Source of the DNA: a virus
DNA length: 64,000 nt
Direction: 5' to 3' (one strand)
IMG/VR virus record: IMGVR_UViG_3300022699_000302
Coordinates: 1-64,000 of that record
The translations under genes were made by a program, and so were the position numbers. Shown here in pieces: positions 27,179-36,687 of this stretch. Position 1 is the stretch's first letter. Every line of letters starts with the position of its first letter. Below the pieces are notes generated by a model. It made no database searches, was not told where the DNA came from, and was given only the letters and a program-made list of their open reading frames with translations.

Positions 27179-27769
27179 TTAGTCCTTACTTGGGTTCGAA
27201 ATTGCGAGAGTTGCATAGTACTGGCCGGAAGTGGCGGCTACCTCGCCCACGGTTTGCTTAATCGAGTTCATCATTACGACTCCCTCGGTACCCAGCGTTT
27301 CATGGAGAAGAGTTCGCAACTTGTCTTCACCGACCTTATCGAACAGCCGGATCAAGAGACGGCTCGCTGCTCCTTCCGCATTCAATTTTTTGTTCAGAGC
27401 ATCTGCGATATGGAGGTAGTTGGAGTACTCGGCAAGCCCGGGAGTTGCCGGAGCCTCCCTTACTTCGGGCTTACCGTATAGGGTGGTGTAGTGCTCCATG
27501 AAGTAATCGGTTACCGGCTTAATCAATTCATGTTGTCTGAACCGTGCCTCTTCGACACGGTTCCACCCGTAGAGCACCGATGAGTGGTCGAGTCCTCCCA
27601 TCTCGCTCCCGATCTTGGTCACACCCAACGGAGTCCATGTTCGGGCCAACCACATGATGATGTGCTTAGCCATCGACACGGGTTTTGTCTTTCTGTTGAG
27701 TTGCGACTTGGGGACCTTCAGGTAGGAAGTCACGTCATTGGTGATCTTATGTACTGTCAGATGTTCCAT
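27179..27769 (-). CDS. Stand-alone DnaA C-terminal (domain IV) HTH protein
   Basis: KHIIMWLARTWTPLGVTKIGSEMGGLDHSSVLYG matches the DnaA domain IV pattern (RDHSTV). Confidence 0.8.
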   Translation of the reverse strand: MEHLTVHKITNDVTSYLKVPKSQLNRKTKPVSMAKHIIMWLARTWTPLGVTKIGSEMGGLDHSSVLYGWNRVEEARFRQHELIKPVTDYFMEHYTTLYGKPEVREAPATPGLAEYSNYLHIADALNKKLNAEGAASRLLIRLFDKVGEDKLRTLLHETLGTEGVVMMNSIKQTVGEVAATSGQYYATLAISNPSKD

Positions 27770-27793
27770 GGTTCATAGATCCGTGGTCAGGGT

Positions 27794-28390
27794 TTAGAAC
27801 GGTGTGCTGTAGAAGTCCTCGTCGTAATCTTCCGGACCGTCCCCCATCACGAACTCGCGGAGCTCGTCATCATTCACTTTGAGACTTTCCGGCAGATTGT
27901 ATGCAGTCGTTCCCTGGTCTTCGTCTCCGAAGAACATGCTGAGGAATTTCAGGTTCTTCTCCCTCCAGACTGCTTCAAGTTGGCCGCGAGTGACGTACTC
28001 AATTCGGGGACCTGTGTTACTGGAGTACAGCGGCATATCGACCTTGGCGGCTCCGATCCAGTTGTAATGGAGCGCGGTATCGAACAGGTTTTGATCACGC
28101 GATTCTCGCGTGGCGAAAGGCCCCACCATCTCTTTCGCTTCGATCGAGTCGGGCATCTTGATGAAGTAATAGAGTGTGGGGAGAACTCGGCGGAGTTTGG
28201 CCACCACCCGACCGATATACCAGTCCGCTTTTACTTCGTCACAATCGGCTGTTTCGGGCTCTTCATGTGCGTGGAATGTTGATTCGGCATCCTCCAGGGA
28301 GTAGTCGGAGGCCCCCTCGATCCATGCAAGAAGGGCACCAGCCTCGGCTTGGTTAAGTCCGACTACAAAGTCGTCTTTGTCGTTTTTCAT
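27794..28390 (-). CDS. Hypothetical protein
   Basis: 198 aa ORF, ATGA-coupled. Confidence 0.7.
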   Translation of the reverse strand: MKNDKDDFVVGLNQAEAGALLAWIEGASDYSLEDAESTFHAHEEPETADCDEVKADWYIGRVVAKLRRVLPTLYYFIKMPDSIEAKEMVGPFATRESRDQNLFDTALHYNWIGAAKVDMPLYSSNTGPRIEYVTRGQLEAVWREKNLKFLSMFFGDEDQGTTAYNLPESLKVNDDELREFVMGDGPEDYDEDFYSTPF

Positions 28391-29181
28391 GAAGTTTTCA
28401 CCACCGGTGATTTAGAGGGAATGAGCTGAACACCGTCGCAGCCACCCGCTGCAACGACTTTCGACTCAAGGATTCTGACCCGAGCGAACAGTTCCTCGGG
28501 TAGTGATTCGAACGGGAGTTCGACCACGATCTTTCCGTTTTTCTGGATCTTGAAGCTGAAGAGGGAGTTGTCGACCATACCCAACTGTTTGCTCAACCAG
28601 GCATTGACCCGTTCTTCGTCGGGCTGAAAATCGATGAACTGATCCGGTACGGCTTTGAGATCGGTAACTTCGGCACGTTGGACATCTTTGAAGTAGAGCT
28701 TCGCGCCGTCAGCCTCGATGATCTGCGTGGCCGGCTCTACCAAAGCGGCCTCAGCTGCACTGAGCTCGCCATATTCTTCTTCGAGAGCAAAGATGCGATT
28801 TTCAGCGTACTCGGTGACAGCTTCTCGTGCCTCACCGTCGATGCGCTTGAGCTGGCTCTCGACATCTTTGAATGGTTGGAGGGCCTCGTCCCGGTCCGAT
28901 TTAACAGCCGTCAGCTTCTCGGCTTGCTTGTCGACCTTCTCTTTCCACTTCTTCGACAGCCCTTGTCGGCTCGGCGTCAGTTTCTTCAGCGTGTTCTTGA
29001 TGGCAGCGGCAACCACTAAGAACGACTCGATATCTTTCTCGGTCTTGAGTTCGTGGACCTCAATGCCTGACAACTTCTTGGCCAGCTTCTCTAAAACGGA
29101 AGTGTCGGCAGATTGAGCAGTCGGCGTGGACTCTACCACAGCCAGGATCTTTCCAGCAGGACTTGATTTTGCAACGGGCAT
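28387..29181 (-). CDS. Coiled-coil phage protein (start MPVAKS)
   Basis: AGGAG RBS before ATG 29181; EVTDLKAVPDQF..DEERV pattern is common in phage coiled-coil proteins. Confidence 0.65.
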   Translation of the reverse strand: MPVAKSSPAGKILAVVESTPTAQSADTSVLEKLAKKLSGIEVHELKTEKDIESFLVVAAAIKNTLKKLTPSRQGLSKKWKEKVDKQAEKLTAVKSDRDEALQPFKDVESQLKRIDGEAREAVTEYAENRIFALEEEYGELSAAEAALVEPATQIIEADGAKLYFKDVQRAEVTDLKAVPDQFIDFQPDEERVNAWLSKQLGMVDNSLFSFKIQKNGKIVVELPFESLPEELFARVRILESKVVAAGGCDGVQLIPSKSPVVKTS

Positions 29182-29216
29182 AGCGTCTCCTATGTCGTAA
29201 ATGGGTGACCTCAACT

Positions 29217-29225
29217 TCTTAGGCC
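29217..29225 (-). promoter_or_regulatory. GGCCTAAGA promoter-like motif
   Basis: First G 44 bp upstream of ATG 29181. Confidence 0.6.
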
Positions 29226-29241
29226 ACACGAGTGAGAGATA

Positions 29242-29583
29242 ATGGCTGAGAACTATTACCGGACCGGAGAGTATTACCTGGTTCCCGGGCACAACACCGA
29301 CGAGAAGTTTCCTCAGAAGCTGATCGAGTTTCGAGGCAGTTGCGGGGATCGTAGGTGCGCGCGGATGTGTCCGGGTATGCTTGTGTTTGAGTCAGGCCAG
29401 ACTTTGTGTCCTCTTTTGCAGGAGGGCTATACCGGAGTGAAGTTCAAGAAGGCGCCTCCGACGCCGGCATGGCGCGCTCTCGAAAAATTTGTAGAGGCGG
29501 TCAATGGTCGTAAGAAGCGGTTTATCATTGAGTTATGGGACGGCCGAGAAGTTCTGATTACGGTTCGAGAGAAAAAGGGTTGA
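29242..29583 (+). CDS. Hypothetical Cys-containing protein
   Basis: 113 aa, first gene of nucleotide-metabolism block. Confidence 0.6.
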   Translation: MAENYYRTGEYYLVPGHNTDEKFPQKLIEFRGSCGDRRCARMCPGMLVFESGQTLCPLLQEGYTGVKFKKAPPTPAWRALEKFVEAVNGRKKRFIIELWDGREVLITVREKKG

Positions 29584-29636
29584 TCCTCTCAGTCAGCCTC
29601 GATATAACCGGGGCGGCTGCTACACAAAGGAAAACC

Positions 29637-30242
29637 ATGACCCTCACCGGACCCGCAATCCGCGCGGCATGTGATCGCGGCGATATCGAGATTCGCCCTT
29701 TCAAAGACAAACAACTCAGCGTCAACAGCTATGACATGACGCTGTTCCCTCAGCTTCTGACCTATAACAAGAAAGTCAACGCTGGAGAGAATGCGGCTTA
29801 CTTCAACCCAGCTGGGCACCGGATCGACTACGAGCCCCTCGACCCCAAGATCGACAACCCCTGGAGGCGCTACGACATTCCCGAAGACGGTTTTGTGGTC
29901 GTGCCGGGGGAGCTCTACCTTGCTCGGACTAATGAGGTCGCAGGATCGAAGATCTATCTTTCTGAGGCTGATGGCAAGTCTTCGGTCGGACGCCTTGGTA
30001 TTGGCGTGCACGTTACCGCAGGACGTGGTGACGTCGGATTCGTCGGTACCTGGACCCTTGAGATTTGGTGTGTCCGGCCCGTGATCCTTTACCCCAACAT
30101 GCCTATTGCGCAGGTCTATTTTGAGCGCATAGAAGGCGACGTCGAACAGTACTCTGGTAAGTACCAGAATCAGTACGAAATCACCCCGTCACGGCTCTAC
30201 CGCCATTGGCAGGGACAACGTCACTTTCAGCCCAAGGAGTAG
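29637..30242 (+). CDS. dcd: dCTP deaminase
   Basis: NSYDMTL, DGKSSVGRLGI, TAGRGDVGFVGTWTLEI, PIAQ, Y.GKYQNQ; AAAGGA RBS before ATG 29637. Confidence 0.92.
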   Translation: MTLTGPAIRAACDRGDIEIRPFKDKQLSVNSYDMTLFPQLLTYNKKVNAGENAAYFNPAGHRIDYEPLDPKIDNPWRRYDIPEDGFVVVPGELYLARTNEVAGSKIYLSEADGKSSVGRLGIGVHVTAGRGDVGFVGTWTLEIWCVRPVILYPNMPIAQVYFERIEGDVEQYSGKYQNQYEITPSRLYRHWQGQRHFQPKE

Positions 30243-30244
30243 GC

Positions 30245-30655
30245 ATGGGTAAGTATGCTCGCCCCCCAGTACGTGAATGCAGAACGGTGGGGTTCCGCGT
30301 CGGCGCACACCATATCCACATCGGGATGTCGCATCGACCCGATGACGACGAGGAACAACCCGGGAAAGTATTCGAGGTGTTCTACCACAACCACAAAGAA
30401 GGCTCGCCTTACGGGTCGTCGCTGCAGGTACTCTGCGCTTTGATCAGTCGTAATCTGCAGAGAGGTGATACCCCGGAACAGATGTTAGACGGAACCGTGG
30501 GTATGCTTCCTTACGAGCCGGCAGGGAGGGCTTTTCTGCTCGGTGACGACGGAGAATCCTATGTCGGTGATGTGGTTTCGGTGCCGAACCTTATTTTACG
30601 AACTATTATCTGGGCTAATGATGGTTACGGGGAGCTGGCTTTCGATGCTGATTAG
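30245..30655 (+). CDS. Stand-alone TSCPD-like domain (class II RNR C-terminal-like)
   Basis: EVF..KEGS..LCALISRNLQRG..SVPNLI pattern resembles TSCPD domain. Confidence 0.65.
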   Translation: MGKYARPPVRECRTVGFRVGAHHIHIGMSHRPDDDEEQPGKVFEVFYHNHKEGSPYGSSLQVLCALISRNLQRGDTPEQMLDGTVGMLPYEPAGRAFLLGDDGESYVGDVVSVPNLILRTIIWANDGYGELAFDAD

Positions 30656-30677
30656 AGACACATCGAGAGGTGGAATT

Positions 30678-30932
30678 ATGTCTGACCCTGTTCAATGGCC
30701 GGAAGATCGCCGGCGCCTTATCAACGAATTTCTTAACGATGTTGGAATCCTGGAAGCAGACTCGTTTCGTCGCTGTGAAGAAATTGAAGATCTGTTCATC
30801 TCCCACACGATTACCCGTAAGGAGCGGGTGAAGCGGTTGGACGCAGAAAAAGATCTGCGTCGGGACATCATCTACGCGATGCGGGATTTCATGGGGCTTA
30901 AGGAAAAAGAAGTCCCTAAGGATGTGGTCTAA
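30678..30932 (+). CDS. Hypothetical protein
   Basis: GAGGTGG RBS before ATG 30678, 84 aa. Confidence 0.65.
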   Translation: MSDPVQWPEDRRRLINEFLNDVGILEADSFRRCEEIEDLFISHTITRKERVKRLDAEKDLRRDIIYAMRDFMGLKEKEVPKDVV

Positions 30933-31531
30933 TGTCATACCTTTTCGTAGAAGGATGTGACGGATCAGGCAAGACCTACGCCTGTGACTTCATCCGGGAC
31001 CATCTCGAAAAGAAAGATTACACTGTCGTTCCTTTGCAGTTTCCGACAGACCTGTGGGTAGGAAATACCACAGATGATAGATCGGCACATGGCTTTCTTG
31101 TCGATATTGCGAGTGAGCTGATCAGGAACGTTCCTGTGAATCCCCGTACAGTTGTGCTGTGCGATCGAAGTTTCGTATCCACCATGGTGTATCAGAACGT
31201 CAAGTGGATCGAGGTTGCTCAGTACCTGCCACCTATGGTCCTGCAGGAGAAGTTCACAGTTCTTCGCCTCCAGTGGCCGGTTCAGCGGCTGGTCCAGCAC
31301 ATGAAGGGACGAGGTGATAGTCGGGTCGGAGCGGATACTGAGTATACCGACGAAGAGCTAGAGCAAAAACTCAATGCGATGAACGCCCGATACGATCGTG
31401 CCATGAATCAACTGTTTCAGGCTTGGCTGACTAACCCAAAACGCGTGCTCTATTCGATTCGTCCCGGTGATCACGATACGTGGGGAGACATGAATGCAAG
31501 TATCGACCGCATGCTGAACTCTTACTTCTAA
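30932..31531 (+). CDS. tmk: Thymidylate (dNMP) kinase
   Basis: FVEGCDGSGKT P-loop, LCDRSFVSTMVYQ. Confidence 0.85.
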   Translation: MSYLFVEGCDGSGKTYACDFIRDHLEKKDYTVVPLQFPTDLWVGNTTDDRSAHGFLVDIASELIRNVPVNPRTVVLCDRSFVSTMVYQNVKWIEVAQYLPPMVLQEKFTVLRLQWPVQRLVQHMKGRGDSRVGADTEYTDEELEQKLNAMNARYDRAMNQLFQAWLTNPKRVLYSIRPGDHDTWGDMNASIDRMLNSYF

Positions 31532-31533
31532 AC

Positions 31534-31556
31534 TTGGTTCCATCGGATGCAACCAT
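31534..31556 (+). promoter_or_regulatory. 23-bp dyad element, copy 3
   Basis: TTGGTTCCATCGGATGCAACCAT between tmk stop and thyX ATG; TAAACT overlaps its left edge. Confidence 0.75.
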
Positions 31557-32556
31557 GGCTTTTTTGAGTCATCACGACTTTCAGAAAATAGTAGCGTATT
31601 GGCGTCGTACCGAGATCGAGACACTGAAGAGCGGTGCTGAAGGTGCGACCCCCGGGTATGTCCGATTGGTAGATGTCATGGGGTCCGACGAGGCTATCGT
31701 CCGGTCTGCTCGAATGTCGACCCGTCGAGGGGATCGGGATTTCATCGGAGATACCAAAGAGGAAGCTAAGGCTGAGGGGCTTCTTCGTTACCTGATTCGG
31801 CATCATCATACCACTCCTGTCGAGACTGGTGCCCGAGCCTGCTTCGAGTTGAAAATGCCTGTGTTCGTCTACCGACAGAACTTCCGGCATCGCAGTGCGA
31901 GCCAAAATCTGCTGGCTGAAGAAGGGTACGTAGCAGAGACCAATGACACCTCGTTCATGAGGTATTCGGTCAACAACGAGATGTCGGCGCGATACTCTGA
32001 ACTTCCGAAGGAGTGGTGGCTTCCCTCCAGAGAGGATTGGCGGGCTCAGTCGAAGTCGAACCATCAAGGCAGTAGCGATGACGTAGTCGGGATCGATACC
32101 ATAGCTGACTCGATCTATGAACTCCCCGAGAAAGCCTTTCACACCTATCATCAATTACTCGAGAAGGGTACGGCTAAAGAGCTGGCTCGGTGTCTCCTAC
32201 CGAACTGCTTTCACACCAAGCTCGTCTGGAACATCGATCTTCACAACCTGTTCCACTATCTCGGGCTGAGGATGCACGGACACGCTCAGAAAGAGATCCG
32301 AGATTATGCCGAGGCTATTGCTCGGATTGTCGCGGACATTTTCCCGGTATCCTGGAAAGCCTTTACTGATTTCAGGCTGGGCGGAATGACGTGGACTAAG
32401 CCAGAAACGGAAGTGATGCAGCAGGCGTTCTCCTACGAGTGGGCTCTTCAGGCCCTGAGGATGTTGAAGAATAAGGGTGTGACTAAGCGAGAGCTCAAGG
32501 AGTTTTGGGCCAAGGTCCGGCCGGGTCACGCCATGCCAAAAGACTCTGAATACTAA
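31555..32556 (+). CDS. thyX: Flavin-dependent thymidylate synthase ThyX
   Basis: IVRSARMS, HHHTTPVE, RQNFRHRSAS..NEMSARY, ELARCLLP, NLFHYLGLR..HAQKEIRDYA. Confidence 0.93.
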   Translation: MAFLSHHDFQKIVAYWRRTEIETLKSGAEGATPGYVRLVDVMGSDEAIVRSARMSTRRGDRDFIGDTKEEAKAEGLLRYLIRHHHTTPVETGARACFELKMPVFVYRQNFRHRSASQNLLAEEGYVAETNDTSFMRYSVNNEMSARYSELPKEWWLPSREDWRAQSKSNHQGSSDDVVGIDTIADSIYELPEKAFHTYHQLLEKGTAKELARCLLPNCFHTKLVWNIDLHNLFHYLGLRMHGHAQKEIRDYAEAIARIVADIFPVSWKAFTDFRLGGMTWTKPETEVMQQAFSYEWALQALRMLKNKGVTKRELKEFWAKVRPGHAMPKDSEY

Positions 32557-32557
32557 G

Positions 32558-32594
32558 TAAAAAGAAAAGACCCGGTTATTTCACCGGGTCTTCT
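32558..32594. terminator. Bidirectional terminator
   Basis: TAAAAAGAA-AAGACCCGGT-TATTTC-ACCGGGTCTT. Confidence 0.85.
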
Positions 32595-33145
32595 CCATCG
32601 TCACGAATCTGTCTTCGAAGTCTTTTATTCACAGACTTCAGATGACTGATTCGACGGCGTACCCGCCAGAGCATGCAGACAGCAAAGGTCTCCCCTCTAG
32701 GATCTGTCTTTCCGGGAACGAAGGATTTCTCGGTGATACCAAACTTCTCTATCTCTTTGATGAGTCGACGCAGAGAAGCGGTGTCGTCAGGAGAAGCATT
32801 GGGAGAGCTGAAGCGGGCGTCTTCCTTCAGTCTCTCCCTCATGGAATCGGTGAAGGTCCCGAGGTATTCATCGAGCTCCACTACGAGTGCCATGATAGTG
32901 GTAAGGCCGGTTTTGGCCTTTTCGAGGTCTGCGCTCGTTTCGAGCGAGTGCATGGTGTCATCCAATCGGGTGTAGACAGCCTCGACAAGTGACCGCGCTA
33001 GATCTGCTTCTGCAATTAGGTCCTCTTTCGAGGTAGCTTGTTGAGCTATGACGCCCCCCTTTCTTTTTAGATGCGAGTCAGAGCCAGCTCGACGCAACGC
33101 GAGGGAGTGAACCCCGGCCAGAAGAAGAACGAAGAGAGTCGGCAT
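32576..33145 (-). CDS. Hypothetical helical protein (true start uncertain, probably near 33050 or later)
   Basis: Protein-like from QQATSKEDL onward; no canonical start near the GGGGGG RBS-like run. Confidence 0.55.
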   Translation of the reverse strand: MPTLFVLLLAGVHSLALRRAGSDSHLKRKGGVIAQQATSKEDLIAEADLARSLVEAVYTRLDDTMHSLETSADLEKAKTGLTTIMALVVELDEYLGTFTDSMRERLKEDARFSSPNASPDDTASLRRLIKEIEKFGITEKSFVPGKTDPRGETFAVCMLWRVRRRISHLKSVNKRLRRQIRDDGEDPVK

Positions 33146-34122
33146 TCACCCGCAGATTCGTGCTTCCGGATCCAGTCGTGCGGTTCGTACGCCGCCGAAG
33201 AGATCGACTCCTTGATCGCGTTGTCTACTCCTTGGAGAAGTTTTTCCACTTTACCGAAGCTTTTGGCGAGACGAGTCCACGACGAAGAGTTGATAAACCA
33301 GTGGTTCTTGAGCAACTTGTCCACCGTCACCGACGCGGGATAGGTGGTGATGCCGCTCTTCTTCCAGAATTGATTGGTTCTAAGCATCATCGAGAGCTCG
33401 CCCCGCCTGGAGCCCCAGTAGATGCCGGGCAGACTGTGGTTTTCGATTTTCCCGGTAGAGCTGGCTTCGAGGATGACGGCTTCAATAGTTTTGCAGATGT
33501 CAGTGACAAGCTTAGCGGTTTTGTCCCCAGCATCCCTGTTGTTTGCCAGTGCAACAGCCCATTCAGGTACGGTCTCGACGTAGATTTCCTTATTGAGCTC
33601 GAAAGGCGGGCACGTATTCAGCCAGCTCCTACGGACCTCCGCGCCGACTGTACCGCCGGGTCGAGTGATCTGGAGAATCACGTCTTTCGGGACTCCTTTG
33701 TGGATGAGGTCCTTAATGGGCACCACATCCGCGAGGGGCACGACATCCGCATTGTCCTTGGCCGCCTTGCTCTTAGCCGCGCGCAGCTGATCCTCTAACG
33801 ACTGGCCTTCCAACAACAGCGTTTTGTTGCTTTGGATCGCCTCCTCTCGTTGTTTTGCGAGTGCGGCGTAGTTATTGGACAAGTCGTGGAGCCGGCTGTT
33901 GAGCTTTTGTGTATCCCCCTTCTTTCTCTCAAGGAGTGTTTGGATCTCTTCGATCTGATTGTCTTTCTCTTGGCACTCGGCATGAAGGTCAGAGACCTTC
34001 TCCCTCAACCGAGTGATTTCTTCATCCTTGGACGTAGGCAGGCCCAGTTGCTGGTTGACCATGTCCAAGATCCCAGGTTTCCCGGGAGGGCAGGGTTTCA
34101 TCTCAGAATCCTGTTCGTGCAT
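33067..34122 (-). CDS. Hypothetical protein with N-terminal coiled coil
   Basis: 351 aa, AGGAG RBS. Confidence 0.72.
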   Translation of the reverse strand: MHEQDSEMKPCPPGKPGILDMVNQQLGLPTSKDEEITRLREKVSDLHAECQEKDNQIEEIQTLLERKKGDTQKLNSRLHDLSNNYAALAKQREEAIQSNKTLLLEGQSLEDQLRAAKSKAAKDNADVVPLADVVPIKDLIHKGVPKDVILQITRPGGTVGAEVRRSWLNTCPPFELNKEIYVETVPEWAVALANNRDAGDKTAKLVTDICKTIEAVILEASSTGKIENHSLPGIYWGSRRGELSMMLRTNQFWKKSGITTYPASVTVDKLLKNHWFINSSSWTRLAKSFGKVEKLLQGVDNAIKESISSAAYEPHDWIRKHESAGECRLSSFFFWPGFTPSRCVELALTRI

Positions 34123-34131
34123 GAAAATCTC

Positions 34132-34965
34132 CTAAATCTGTGACGGAAGAGGAGCGAGATAGAAGTCTTCGCTCATGTCTTGTTCGATTTCGTATATTTC
34201 AGTGGGATACGATGCCCACTCGATCGGCTCGGACGGAGGATCGATAGGTTGGCGGGACCAGGTCTGAGGATCCCAGTTTTGGGCGACGACGTGTTCGGTT
34301 CCGATCTCCACATCTTGGAAGCGGATGAAGAGGCTGCACTCCACATCGCTCCAACTCTGCTTGTGGTTCACCTCTCGCCATGAGTCGAGGTTTACCCTGC
34401 CGGTCCACATCTGATAGGTGCTCGGTGAGACGATTCGCTGGTGATTGTTCCACTCGTGATCGTCATTGATCAGCTTACGGGCGAGACGAAAAGAGCCTTC
34501 CGGGAACTCGATAGTCAGCGGATTGATCACGCAGTTCTGGATCATGTCTTTCACATAATCATCTTTTTCGGGGACCTTGATATTTTTCCAACTGGACTGG
34601 GTTACTTGTTCATTGCCGTGGAACACCGAGAATTTCACTTTGCTGGGGAGACCTCCTGATTTCAGTCGATACGACCCAATTACGAACCGATTGGTTGTCG
34701 GGTAAGCGACTACAAAACTGAGATTGTTGAACGCTTCTGATGACCAATAGACAGGGATGAAAATCCCTGAGCTCATAAGGCCATCTTCGAGACAGTCGGC
34801 AAAGCTGTTACACCACTCCAGGGCCTTGTCCCCGCAGCCTCCCTCGGCGGCTTGGCGTAAGCAGCCCTTCAGGTCTGTTTTTCCAGTGTGGACTCGGAAA
34901 ACTTTGTCCGGCGGGACGGCATCGGCTTTCCGGCTGCCGATAGCGAGATCCAATGCATTTGTCAC
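34132..34965 (-). CDS. Hypothetical protein
   Basis: 277 aa, GGAGG RBS, GTG start. Confidence 0.72.
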   Translation of the reverse strand: MTNALDLAIGSRKADAVPPDKVFRVHTGKTDLKGCLRQAAEGGCGDKALEWCNSFADCLEDGLMSSGIFIPVYWSSEAFNNLSFVVAYPTTNRFVIGSYRLKSGGLPSKVKFSVFHGNEQVTQSSWKNIKVPEKDDYVKDMIQNCVINPLTIEFPEGSFRLARKLINDDHEWNNHQRIVSPSTYQMWTGRVNLDSWREVNHKQSWSDVECSLFIRFQDVEIGTEHVVAQNWDPQTWSRQPIDPPSEPIEWASYPTEIYEIEQDMSEDFYLAPLPSQI

Positions 34966-34977
34966 GAAATCCTCCTA

Positions 34978-35009
34978 TAAAAGAAAGGCCCCCGCACAGG
35001 TCGGGGGCC
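34978..35009 (-). terminator. Intrinsic terminator
   Basis: GGCCCCCG/CGGGGGCC stem + TTTCTTTTA on minus strand. Confidence 0.75.
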
Positions 35010-35033
35010 AGTGACCATCTTCTTCTGTGCTTG

Positions 35034-35357
35034 TTACATGACCTGATCGATGAAGAGCACTTCACCGGGTCGGGTGAACTCCTTGGTCCATTCAACAAAG
35101 AACGGTTCGCAAGGACGGCTCTCATGCAGACGAGCCTCAACAGCCGCGATCGCGTCAACCTTGGTTTTACTAAAACCTGTGCTGACGGTGATCACGTCGT
35201 TGTGGGAAACCAGAACACGCCAGAAGAATCTCTGTGTGTCCTGGGGGATGATATCGATGATGACGGCACGGCCGTCCTCTTCGATGGTGGAGCTGTGCTC
35301 GGCCATGTTATCCAGGAACTCCTGGATATCGTGCATTGACTCAAGTTCTTCTGACAT
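35034..35357 (-). CDS. Hypothetical protein
   Basis: 107 aa, GGAGGT RBS. Confidence 0.7.
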   Translation of the reverse strand: MSEELESMHDIQEFLDNMAEHSSTIEEDGRAVIIDIIPQDTQRFFWRVLVSHNDVITVSTGFSKTKVDAIAAVEARLHESRPCEPFFVEWTKEFTRPGEVLFIDQVM

Positions 35358-35387
35358 GGCTAACCTCCATGAAAATCCTGCTCAACT

Positions 35388-35396
35388 CCTTAGGCC
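35388..35396 (-). promoter_or_regulatory. GGCCTAAG(G) promoter-like motif
   Basis: First G 39 bp upstream of ATG 35357. Confidence 0.55.
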
Positions 35397-35499
35397 ATAA
35401 AAATTCTGGTTCTATGACAGATTCAGATTAGGTTGTTACAAATGGTTGCACACCGTTTGGTTACACCATACAGTAGCACTAACTCTCAGGAGACATAGT

Positions 35500-36126
35500 A
35501 TGGCCCGAATCATAATCAATCTATCCGATTCGTTGTTGGAGCGTCTCGGTGTCGAGGATGATAATAAAGATGTCGTCATGGAAGTCGACGAACTTTTCAT
35601 GCGGAGGTCTCGGTCCGATGAAGGTGTGGTACTTACCGGCATTGTAGGCTACACCGTAGCTCCTGATGAGCTCTCCGAATCTATTCGGGACAAGATCGGG
35701 GATTTTGACACTACTGCTGGATCGTTGGCAGTGGAACTCCGCGAGCAGATTTTCAACTGGTCGTCCCCTAAACCCAACACTGAGCTCCATCCTCCTGAAC
35801 CAGAAACTCCTGAGAAGAAAGAAGGAACTGGCCTCTATAAACCAGATCCCTCGAATTTCGAAGTTCATATTCCCCGAGCTGACGGTAGTACCGAAATCAA
35901 GAAAGTCAAAGAACTCGATTACTACGACGGGGGGACTGCTCAGAAGAAGTTGGCGCCCGATACCGTATTCGGGGAAGATGATCCTCGTCTCTACGAAGAA
36001 ACATTCATCGATCCCGAAACAAAAGAGAAGGAAGTATGCACGGCTCTTACCCTCGAAGTGGATCCGATCCGCAACGAAGGTAAGCGTCAGCGCGTAATTA
36101 AATTGACGCCTGTGAAGCCCAAATAG
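35500..36126 (+). CDS. Hypothetical acidic protein (start MARIII)
   Basis: CAGGAG RBS before ATG 35500. Confidence 0.7.
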   Translation: MARIIINLSDSLLERLGVEDDNKDVVMEVDELFMRRSRSDEGVVLTGIVGYTVAPDELSESIRDKIGDFDTTAGSLAVELREQIFNWSSPKPNTELHPPEPETPEKKEGTGLYKPDPSNFEVHIPRADGSTEIKKVKELDYYDGGTAQKKLAPDTVFGEDDPRLYEETFIDPETKEKEVCTALTLEVDPIRNEGKRQRVIKLTPVKPK

Positions 36127-36134
36127 GAGATGAT

Positions 36135-36449
36135 GTGGCGGACGAGCCGACGAAGAAAGAACCGCCGATTACGGCGCAGATGATGGTGGATCTTTTGGGG
36201 GAGAACGATCAGTTCTCAGAGATGGTGAAGGGTAAGCAATTCGCGGAAGTCATGCAGGCCTTGGTGAACTGGGTGGCCAACACGTTCGATTCGGAATGGG
36301 ACAAAGAGCTGGTCCAGATCATGGTCAGCTCTAGCTCCGGTACCGCGATCGCTCGGTGCGCTATGCAGAAGCAGAGCCTGGTCCAACATGTTCCCGAATC
36401 TGAACTTCAGCATCTCGTGAATATGAAACCGGAAAAGCGTGAGCCGTAA
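36135..36449 (+). CDS. Hypothetical protein
   Basis: AGGAG RBS, GTG start. Confidence 0.65.
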   Translation: MADEPTKKEPPITAQMMVDLLGENDQFSEMVKGKQFAEVMQALVNWVANTFDSEWDKELVQIMVSSSSGTAIARCAMQKQSLVQHVPESELQHLVNMKPEKREP

Positions 36450-36678
36450 AGGACAGAACAACGAGAAGAGGCTGGCTGAGGCTGCAGCCGTAGAGGCATT
36501 GAAAAACCGAGGAGTAGATCTCTCGGTTATCCGCTTAGTCGTGGTTCGGCTCAGCGCCGGCCGACCCGATGTTAGTTTTGTCTGTGCCTCGGGTACTGCC
36601 ACCCATGGCGGGTATCTCTTTTTCGTTTCGGAGCTAGAAGACAAGTTGGATGACGACGGATCCGGCGGTTTCATCTAA
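36439..36678 (+). CDS. Hypothetical protein
   Basis: 79 aa, overlaps previous stop. Confidence 0.5.
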   Translation: MSRKGQNNEKRLAEAAAVEALKNRGVDLSVIRLVVVRLSAGRPDVSFVCASGTATHGGYLFFVSELEDKLDDDGSGGFI

Positions 36679-36687
36679 ACTGTCGGT

